Shown in pieces: positions 53,653 to 64,000 of a stretch of DNA of 64,000 bases. Source of the DNA: Octopus vulgaris (Eukaryota); contig OX597834.1 of assembly GCA_951406725.2 (NCBI GenBank), positions 34,410,001 through 34,474,000 on the forward strand, given 5' to 3'. The stretch's first letter is position 1. Every line of letters starts with the position of its first letter. The position numbers and the translations under genes are program-made. Under the pieces are notes generated by a model. The model searched no databases, was not told where the DNA came from, and worked only from the letters and a program-made list of their open reading frames with translations.

Positions 53653-55289
53653 AACATACACACACACACACATTGTTTATTCATTCATTTCTGTGTCCAC
53701 TGTTTCATGCTAGCATGGATTAGGTAAATATATTATTGAGGCATTGTTTTACTGCTGGATATCCACCTTGTTGTTAATCCTTATCCAGGGGAAATGTCAA
53801 AAATGTCACCATTTGTCGCTCAGCATTTTTAGAGAAGTGCAAATGTAAACAAACGGACATGTATGTGCACACATACATGTGTGTGTGTGTGTACACACAT
53901 ATGATGGGCTACTTTCAATTTCTGTCTACCATATCCATTCACAAATCTTTGATCAGTCTTGGGCTGTAGTAGAAGACACTTGCTGAAGGTGCCATGCAGT
54001 AGAATTGAACCTGAAACTACTTGATAAAGAAACAAACTTCTTAACTGCATAGCCATGCCTTACACACACACACAGATCATTTTATAAATGGCTATATTAT
54101 ATGTATGTGTGTGTGTATGTATGTATATGCGTGTATGTTTAACAGAATATATTTACCATTAAAAAATATTGTAATTTTAATTACAAGCTCATTAGACTTT
54201 TAAAAACAAGATCTAATTTAAATTAACTAAATTGATTGATTTTGTAAGAATGTGAAAATAAAAGAAAGTACAAATTGAAAGATTCTAAGAATAATTCTTT
54301 TATCAGAAGTATAAAAGACACAGGAACAATGGGCGTAGAAAATATATCTGAATCTAATAGTAATCTTTTGAGTTCAATCTTTGTGTAATGCACTGATTAG
54401 TGTCCTGAGAAAAGTTACATTAAACTGCTTAGCCCTGAAGGAAATTATTAAAGTAAGTTCCACTCTCAGTTAACAGTGGAAAGATTAGAAGACAGGGTTT
54501 TATGTTTTTGTTTTCTATGATAGCTAGTTATAATTTACTGAAGTTCAGTTTGAATTAAGCAGTTTACCAGCAATGAATTTTGGGAGTGGAAGGATCAGGA
54601 CAAATGTTTAGTGCCAAAACCCAGTTGAATCCAAAGAAATTGGTAATTATAAAAATTCACAAATGCATTAAATTGGTTTTGTGCAAGGAAGAATGAAAGT
54701 CTAACAGAGCCCTTCATTGAAGAGTTATGTTTTCTGACATAACTAATTCTAATTATTTGGTACCCTCAAAAAAACCCTTCCTCCCCTGATGAAAAGTTCT
54801 GTCCAAAACATTAGCTTTTGCTATTCTTTACAGCAACTAACTTATTACACTTTTGTAAAGAGTCTGATAGATGAAACACTTGTATCACTGCAGGTGAACT
54901 TGATCCATCAAATTTGTTGTCAAAAGTGTTTTAGATGAGACTACTTAATCTTTTCCCAGACACAATGCACATAGGACCCTATTATCCAATGTGCCTTTCC
55001 TTTTTAAGGATGGTGGGGTGTAATTTAAGCAAGATTTAGCTAGCATTTCTAACAAGTTGATCAACCATGTAAAGGATAAATATGTGACTTATAGATTAGA
55101 CAGAAAGTATAATAGGAATAAATCAAATAAACAACACACTAAAAGTGTTTAGATACAGTAGATAGATACAGAGTAGAGTTAGCCATGTCAGAGGAGCAGA
55201 GACTATTATAAACTATGTATAAAAGACAAAGTAAACTCCATTTCCGAAGTTTGGGGCTTGATAGTCAAGTTGAAGAAACATCTCTACAG

Positions 55290-55354
<65 letters not shown>

Positions 55355-55874
55355 ACAAAGGGTTAGTCCCAAACATCAGATTCTTCTTTTCCTCATTACA
55401 AATTTATCCAAGCTCATGAATCTCGCTATACAATTTCTCCTGAAGCAGATCACCATAACTTTCTTTTGACCCTCTTTTTTCATCAAATAAGTGACTTGTT
55501 TCTTTGGTGTAATCTATAAACTATGTAGAAGTATTAAGTTGGCGAGAAATCTATCTCCATTTCACACCTCACTATCTCAGTGATTGTCTCAAATTTGGTT
55601 TTTATTCCCTAACAGCTATGAAAACTGTTAGCTGGCAAATGCTTTTTCCAAATTACAAGGATCCACATGGACAGTGTTTTGGTTTCTATAGCATTCAATG
55701 GAGAAGCAACAAATATCTTTCTGGATAAAAACTCTATTACAAACAGCAACTTATAATGTTCCCTACATGGAATTCCATTCAGCACTTTCAAGTTCCACAA
55801 ATCATTCATCAATCAATGTAGTTGCTATTGTTTAACTTGATAAGTGATACCAACTGTGTTAACTATAACAGAAA

Positions 55875-56135
55875 AGTGCACTGTGCCCTCACCGTGGTAC
55901 CTACTCACATCTAGCTAGACTCTGTACATCACTGTTGTATAGTGAAGTGCATACTTACAGCTCAATAAACTGTTTTTCTTAGTATTACACTGTGGCACCT
56001 ACTTCAGCTAGGTAGACTGCACCTCACTATAATACACAATGGCATATATTATCAGTTAGATGCACTATAAATCACTGTGTTACATTGTAGTACATACCAT
56101 TTGATAAACTGGTATTTACTTATAGCTAGGTAGAA
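55875..56135. repeat. Highly degenerate tandem repeat
   Basis: cactgtgg..cctact...agctaggtagactg recurs through the region. Confidence 0.5.
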
Positions 56136-56783
56136 TATGGAATTGAGAGCTAAATGTTTTAGTCAAGAACTCAACGCCGTGCTAGGATATGAACCATCAA
56201 TTTCCTAGCTTGGAGTTTAATAATGTATCAACTCGGCATTTCTACTCTTAAATGACTGGGAGGCATCTAGGATTAATTGTAGTGTCCAAAAGTATGAAGA
56301 TCAGGCCGCAGTAGATTAGAAACCAAACGATACAGACCTGGGGCTAAACACCAGCAATCACAACATATCAATCAACTGTTTAAAAAAACAAAGTATTGAA
56401 AGAGGGAATACTATGCCAAGTGCCATCAGCCACTTCACATGTCTGGTTTGACCATCTGAGAGAGTTGCAATAGACAGAAACTTGATAACTAAAGGAGCCT
56501 AATCTATGAAACAGATTTGTTAATTTCAATAAATATTCATTTGGTTAATTAATATTAAAAGATAACTTCCTGTTGTGGCTGTTGTTAAACCTTGATTGGG
56601 TCACAAAACTTCTATCAATTCCACTGAGTTGCTGTTAATTACAATAAGTTCTGTGATACCATACTTAGATCTATCCTCTATCCCATCCTACATTGTATTA
56701 TCTATTTACTGCTGTGATCATCCTATCTTTTATTTCAACCATCATCATCTGTCTTTTTTTCAGATTCAGTATATCCAGGACAA

Positions 56784-56862
<79 letters not shown>

Positions 56863-57872
56863 TGCGTGTGTTTTAAGACAGAGGGTGTGATGTGGAAAGG
56901 ATAAGATGACTGATATTTCTAGAAGTCATATTTCAGACATATGACCAAATGAGTAACCCAGTTAGTGACTCCATCATTAGTTCATTGTACAGTTGTTTTT
57001 GTTGCTAATCCATCCTTCTCATAGGCATTTTGCATCTAGGAAATGTGTTCTTTCTTTTTCCAAAACATTTAGTTGTAATTTGAGGGAGATTTGGATATTA
57101 TTTCCAACAGATCAAGTGACCACATTGAGTGTCCTACCTGTAGTTGTTGTAGTGTCTGGACTAACAACTAATGAGTGTCCTCACACCTCACACATAGACA
57201 GTCTTCAGGGAACATTAAGTTGTGCAACTTGTTTTATTTACTTCACTGTTTTTAATTATATTTGTTCTTGTTAGCAAAGAATGTAATTTACTAATGTGTC
57301 TAGGATAAGTGGATAGGGGTGTTGTGATGAGGACAACTGTGGGATATTAGGGAAGAAAGAAATGGTGGACAGAGAAAGAGAAAAGGGATAAAGAAAGAAG
57401 AAAAGAGAATGAAAGTGGATAGTAAGAGAAAGGAAGGAAGTGGAAGGCAAAGAAGAAGCAGAAACAGAAAGGAAAAAAAGATAAAGAGGAAGAAAAAAGA
57501 TGAAGAATGAAAGAAGACAAATTAAGATGAAGAATGAAGAAGAATGAAAGATGTTGAATAAAAACAAAAGATTTGAAAAATATAAAAATAAGTGTTAAGT
57601 GAAGTGAAATAACATCAACTAGGAATTGAAACCAGCTCACTGACTTGATTTTGCTGTTAGCTAATCTCTCTAATTCTGCCTTAATTGTTGGGATTCATTA
57701 ATATAGAAACATGACTTCATTAGAAATAAAATGCCTTCAGTCAGGTGTCCTTTGTTGTTTAAATTACAATATGAAAGAGACTTCTGAAAATATTTTTTTA
57801 ATGTCTCTGTACTAAAAGGAATTGTTTTGTTTTGTGAACAAAAGAGTCAATGGTTACAGGTATGAATAGGTT

Positions 57873-58120
57873 GTGGAGGCACATTGCTTAGTAATTAAGG
57901 TGTTGCACTCATGATCATAAGATTGTGGTTTCAATTCCTGGATTGGGTGATGCATTTGTGTTCTTGAGCAAAACACTTCATTTCACATTGTTTCAGTCCA
58001 CTCAGCTGGCATAAATGAGTACTCCCGTGATGGACCAGCATTCTGTCCAGGGAGGAAATATATACACCACAGAATCCAGGAAATTGGCCTTATTAGCCAA
58101 TGTCTGAAGGAGGAACTTTG
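57873..58120 (+). mobile_element. Old tRNA-derived SINE with a related head
   Basis: gtggaggcac...ggtttcaattcc...ttgagcaaaacactt...gtccactcagctgg...gatggaccagcattctgtccaggg. Confidence 0.7.
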
Positions 58121-60859
58121 ATCCTTATTTGATGAAATAGCTTAATCACTAATCCACTGCATCTTTGATGGCAAGAATAATGACAAAGTGGTGTTACAAG
58201 TTTTTCGGTTTCTTACTGTTCTTTTGTATTTTTACAAATATATATCAGTGACACACGCTCTCACACATCCATATAGTATCTGTCTATCAAATTCCATTCA
58301 TAAGTACTGGTCAACCAGTACTCACGAAGAAACTTGCCCAAGATACTGCACAGTGAGATTGAGCTACATGGTTTCAAAGCAAACTCCTTAACTATACAGA
58401 TATCCCACTGCAGTTAACATTGCCTTTCATCCTTCTGGGATTGATAAAGTATCAGTCAAGTAGTGGAGTTGATAGTATTAGCTCTTCAAAATTGCTGGTT
58501 TTGTACCTGATTAGAAACCATTATCTGTATATCAGTAGATTGGCAGAATCAAGAGAGCATCAATAAAAATTACGTGTTATTTAGTTGCATTTATGTTCCA
58601 AATTCAAATCTTGCTAAATTGTCATTGCCTTAATTCTTCTGAGGGTAAATACACATCAGTCAAGAACTGAGATTGAGTGAATTAACTATACCCCAGTCCC
58701 CAAAATGTGGCCATGGGCCTATGTTACAAAACATTTTATTTTTATTTGTAATTTGTACAATGTAGACTGTTCAAAATATTTTTATTGTTTCTTGTCCCTT
58801 AATGGCTATATTTCATATATCCTTATGATATTTGGCTGAGACATCATGTTGAATTCAAATCCCACTGGAATAAAATTTTCTTTTTATCTTTTGAGAAAGG
58901 AAGTTTTAGGGGTGGTCAATAAAATCAGTATTATTGAAATACTGGACTTGATTTAGTTAAATATATACCTATTTCCCTCAAACTTTGCATCACAGGCATA
59001 CATACACTCATACCACCACCACCACCACTATCATGCTCATACATACACTCATAGCACCACCACAACTGCCGCCATCATATTATGTCTGGTAGAATAACAG
59101 ACTTGTCACATTTCCCATTCCACCATTTATCTCTCAAGTTTATCTGCAATCACTGCACCACTGTCTGCCATCAGATTCTTGGCTATGGTCTTGTAAGGAT
59201 CAAATCCCACTAGGTGTGATTTGGACTTTCATCCTCTTAATGGGTACATTCAAGGTCGTGTAGTTAAGAGGTTTGTGTCACCACCATGTTGTCACTGGTT
59301 TAAAAGCATTGTACAACACCTTGGGTAAAAGTCTTTGTTAACAACAACCTCAAGTTTATTCAAGCTTTGTGTATGAAATGAGATAGATGGAAACAGTGTG
59401 ACAGTGAGTTAGATGGACTGTTGTCCATTCAACCATTTGGACTTTGGAGGGCTTTAACAGAGTCCACTCAATTGCAAGTATTCACACCATGTTTCCAGTC
59501 AGTGGATTACTCATGAGCTCTAGATTCTTCCTCTCATGTTTCTAGTTTTGGAAATTCTGAATAAAGGTCATAGCACTGCCCTTCTTCTATGAATGAAATA
59601 TTGAAAAACAGTTTTAAAGAGTTTATAAGTAAGCATTAATTAAGTAAAAGGGTTAATATAATCCAATGAACCCATCTCTCAAAATGTCTAACCTCCAATG
59701 CTAATATTATAAATTATTATTATTGAGGCTATTAATATTAGACTAAATCTTATATGACATTTAGTTACAGCCCATTAAATTTTCAGTAAGGATGAAATTT
59801 AATCAAATATATTTCTTCCTTATAAATATGTGGCCTTGTATAAAAATAATAATCATCATCAATATCATTGCCAAAGTAGTCGAGTAATAGAAAGGCAGTG
59901 AATTGGCATAAAGAGTAGAGCAACTGAATTAAGTGGCTTTCAGTAGCTGTGGTATAATTCTGTTTTTTATGACTTAGTCAGAGGAATGGTACTGTTCATG
60001 ACCTTTTCCGGAGCCTCCAAGACTGGTGAAAGACCTGGCCTTTAATGTTTGTGACAGAATGAACTCTGCTAAATTCACTCAGCAACAAGTTTTGTCCATT
60101 TTTATACTGAATTTAAATCCCACTGAGGTTAGTTTTTACCTTTCATCCATCCTGAGTTATTAAAACAAGTACCACTCAAAAACTACAGATGATTCAATCA
60201 ACTATATTCAGTCTCCTACAAATTCTTGGCCTTGTGCCATCACCACTACTACTGCCACTGCCACTACCACTCTCCTTAGATGCTGCAGTAGGATAGTAAA
60301 TGTTTAGTAACCCAAGTCTGCAACCAAGTTTGATTCCCAAAGTCCTTAAGCGCTGGAAAATGCAAAAATGTCACAACACCTCCATCTCCCTTCCTCATTA
60401 AGTGCTATTCATTAGGACAAGATAATTAGTCTCAGTCACTTACAAGACAAATATCTACTACACACATGCATACAATTGACTTCTGCATTAATTAGTCACT
60501 CAAAAACTACTAAATTAATGTAATTAGTTGGAAGATGAATGAGAATCGATGAGTATCTCAGGTTCTTGAACTGCTGACCTAATAGTGACCACATAGTCAA
60601 CTCTTGATAGTTGAAGTTGTTTGGCCCCATGTCAGCTCTTATCAAGCAGACCCATGATAAAGGCATTCAAATCATGGCCATTTCCTCATTTTTTCATTAT
60701 ATCTTTTTCTATTTCAATTATAGTATATTCTGAACTACATTATTCAATGTATCTTTTTTTAAGATGGTAGGGTATGGTTTGAAGGAGATTTGTCTGCCGT
60801 CTCAAACTGATTGAACAACCATGTAGAAGTTCTTTCATTAGCTCAGAATATTTGTACAT

Positions 60860-61382
60860 ATACATATACCCAGGCCTATTCCCCATTTTTTTAGGACTGG
60901 GTAGCCACAAGACACACCAGGCATTCCATTCATTTCCCAGCTCAAAGAGGTGAGCCCCATCCTATGCTCAGGTCAAGACATAGAATGCAACTTTCAATAT
61001 CAGTAGTGGGGCCCAACTGCATCTGCTGGTTTACCCTCGCTGCATCATACTGGTTCTGTACCCCTTTGAGCAACATCAAATTCATTCATCTGTTCACAAA
61101 TACTCTCCAAGCTTTCCTATCATTTATAGACTCTCTTGCCCCTCTTACTCCAAAACTTCTAACCACTAAAGCTTTCTTCACTCAAGCCATCAACACAAAC
61201 CGAGGTCTGCCTCTGGTTCTGCTGCCTACCATTTCTGCTTTCATCACCCTCCTTACCATCCACTCCTCGTCCTTCCTTTCCATATGGCCAAACCACCTCA
61301 ACATTGGCCTATCCATTTTGGTTGTTAGTTTTTCTCTCATTCTTGCTTGCCTTCGCACCTTCTCATTCCTCATCCTGTCCAT
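60860..61382 (-). mobile_element. 5'-truncated RTE-type LINE: RT C-terminus plus 3' UTR
   Basis: DRMRNEKVRRQ...MLRWFGHMERKDEEWMVRRVMKAEMVGSRTRGRPR, followed after a frameshift by DRKAWR; these are typical RTE C-terminal motifs. Confidence 0.88.
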
Positions 61383-62461
61383 ATATTTTTGTAATCTCAG
61401 TAAGACAAGATTACAAGTAACTGTGATGTAAGCTTACATTTTTGTTGTTGGGTGGTTCATTTTATTGATCAAATACTGGGGTCAATATAATCAGCTATAC
61501 CTCTCCCTTCAAAATTGCTGGCTTTGTACCTAAATTAGAAATTATTAATAATAAGGTGAATGTAGTTCTACTTCAGAGTTGAGCACTTTGTATTACAGAG
61601 GTCATATGCATCCAGGAAAGATACAGATATACAAAAAGGACTCCTTCAATTTCAACATACGAATGTTCAGTTGTTTGACCAACTGATGATCTACTTATTG
61701 AACTAGTATGCAGACTCATGAACCCTTGATATAATTTTCAGGTTGAATCAGTGTAATATAATATGAGAAAGCTGAACCTTTGAAATACAGCTACAATCCA
61801 TTTAATGCGCATCTAAACAATTTCAGCCAACCCAATTTCACTCACATGGTTTGATCTAACTTGAAGCTATGGTAGACTTTTACTCAAGATGCTATGCAAT
61901 GAGATCAAACCCAGGATCTTGTGGTTGCAAAGCAAAGTCCTTGACCATGTAGCCATGCTTGTGTCCACACATATATTTATATACATGTTTATATACATGA
62001 CAGGTTTCTGCACAGTTTCCACCTACCAAATTCTACTCACAAGTCATTGGTCAACTCTAAGCTGTGGTAAAATGACATTTGTCCAAGGTACGGCTCAGTG
62101 GGAGCAAATTGGGAAACAAGCAGTTTTGAAACAAACTTCTTCAGTACACTGACAAATCAACATAAATAATACTGTTTACACGCCCACATCTATAGTGATT
62201 GTTTTTGTCTAGATACACAACAACAAACATACATACACAAAGACTTTTGACCTTTGCATGTTCATATATGTATGTGAGTGTGTTTGTGTGGCTGAGTATA
62301 TGTGAAAGAGTTTTATTACATATGTATCACTGTGTGGATACTTTGTTATCATGTGATCTTCAGTTCTACTTCACTGCATAGCATTGTGGCATCTTGGACA
62401 AGTGTCTTCTACTGTAGCCTCAGGCCAACTAATACCTTGTGAATGGAAGTGATAGAGAGAG

Positions 62462-62517
<56 letters not shown>

Positions 62518-62827
62518 GTGCTGAGCTAAAAAAAACAGTAATGTTTATTGGTAGTCCCTGTCCACAAAATTGTGCTCTAACTCTCCACCTTTGAAGCTGA
62601 GTGGAATAAATAATTCCTTCTGAAAAACAGGTACAAATTGGTGATGAAAGGGCACCCAGTGTCTCAACAATATGTTTTGGTTTGACCTATTCTAAGATGG
62701 AAAAATAAACAAACAAATGAATAAATAAATTACGCTCTCTCTATATGTGTGTGTGTGTGTATCCATACATGCATACATACATACATGCATGCACGCAAGC
62801 ACACATACATACATACATACACACACA

Positions 62828-62879
<52 letters not shown>

Positions 62880-62969
62880 TACATACATACATACATACAT
62901 ACATACATACATAAAAAATAAAGATGCATTAGTTTACATAGTCTTTGATACGCCATGTGTGTGTGTATA

Positions 62970-63167
62970 CAGGGTGATTGAAAAATAACTCCCTATTTCA
63001 AAATACTTATAAATTATTAATTAATTGTATTTTTTACAAAACAATGGATATGAGAAGAAAGCTTTTAGTATGGGGGTTTATTTATACTTCAAAAAATAAT
63101 TAAAAAATTACAATTAATAAATAATTTATAAGTATTTTAAAAAAAGAGAGACTTTTCAATCACCCTG
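62970..63167. mobile_element. Tc1/mariner-type MITE, about 200 bp
   Basis: TA|CAGGGTGATTGAAAA ... TTTTCAATCACCCTG|TA, with an imperfect inverted repeat extending about 60-70 bp and a TA target-site duplication. Confidence 0.85.
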
Positions 63168-63348
63168 TATACACATGTATATACACACACACGTGTGTGT
63201 GTGTGACTGTCTACAATCTGTACTGTTTGCACTTATAGCAGAAACAGCTGCAAGTTAATGAAAGTGATTGCATATATATATATTTAAACATACATACATG
63301 CATACATATATACATATATATGCATGTGTGTGTGTGTGTGTGTGTGTA

Positions 63349-64000
63349 CAGGGTGTGATGGATAAATTGTTGGCATTTTATATTTTAATTTAACACATGT
63401 GCATTGTTTGTTTTTGATTTTGTTAGCTACACAGTATAGTAGGGTCAGTTGGGAACCATCTGTGAGAAAAACAGCACCATGATGCAATTTCCTCTGCCAG
63501 AAATTTGGAAACGATGTGTTGTACAGCTTGGTGTTCATGCCGGAAGCTCCAATACAAACATTTTGGAGTGTTTGGATGTCAATCTGAGGACAGTGCAAAG
63601 GATTTGAAAAGAGTTGGATGAATCTAATGGTGATTATGAAGGTATGGCAGCTCAGAAAACTCACTTTAATCATTCTGATAAGAAAAGAACTCCAGAATTT
63701 GTTGATGAGATCCAGGCGATGATTGACAACAATCCCTCCAAGTCAGTCAGATCCATCACCAGGGACATGGAATTCTCAGTTTCTTAAGTAGAGCATGAAG
63801 ACATCCAGTATTCTTCATACAAGATGAGAAAGGGCCAATTTTTATCCCAAGCCATCAAGGACAAGAGGAAAGACCACGCTATGAAGCTTTTGAACAAACT
63901 TAAACATCCCTTCCAACCAAACATGCTTCGGTTTTTCTCAGATGAGAAAAATTTCTGCCAGGATCAGATGGTGAACACACAGAACAACCGTTGGCTTGCC
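63349..64000 (+). mobile_element. Tc1/mariner (maT/DD37D-like) transposon 5' part with a disrupted transposase; runs off the window
   Basis: TA|CAGGGTG TIR start; ATG at 63479; MMQFPLPEIWKR...NLRTVQRI*(TGA 63605)KEL...NPSKSVRSITRDM, an indel-disrupted stretch, then KMRKGQFLS...FFSDEKNFCQDQMVNTQNNRWLA, which contains the first catalytic Asp motif. Confidence 0.88.

Noticed and set aside
60964-61431. 155-aa plus-strand ORF
   Set aside because: It is the antisense shadow of the RTE LINE fragment.

Overview
This is AT-rich, microsatellite-dense animal DNA, and its SINE, MITE and RTE families look like those of Octopus (inference from recognised repeats). Almost all entries in the supplied ORF track are artefacts of (TA)n, (CA)n or (AAT)n repeats. 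The one confidently recognisable host coding piece is a 99-nt minus-strand internal exon of SCAI (40966-41064, LRTSETNYLNESFSFYSAIRMRAYYSKANKEDR). I could not find the neighbouring constitutive SCAI exons, so the whole window appears to be two very large SCAI introns. The downstream intron holds two candidate frame-preserving phase-2 cassette exons. One is 15 nt at 2275-2289, with UGC motifs before the AG and TGCATG after the donor; the other is 36 nt at 20432-20467. Either or both would insert short peptides at the KEDR|PEL junction. The introns also contain several long fold-back structures (17.2-17.8, 38.4-38.7, 45.0-45.75 and 52.4-52.6 kb), head-to-tail SINE arrays, decayed Tc1/mariner, hAT, Helitron-like, RTE and Penelope-like elements, and degenerate minisatellites. 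Repeat coordinates are approximate and all alignments were done by eye.
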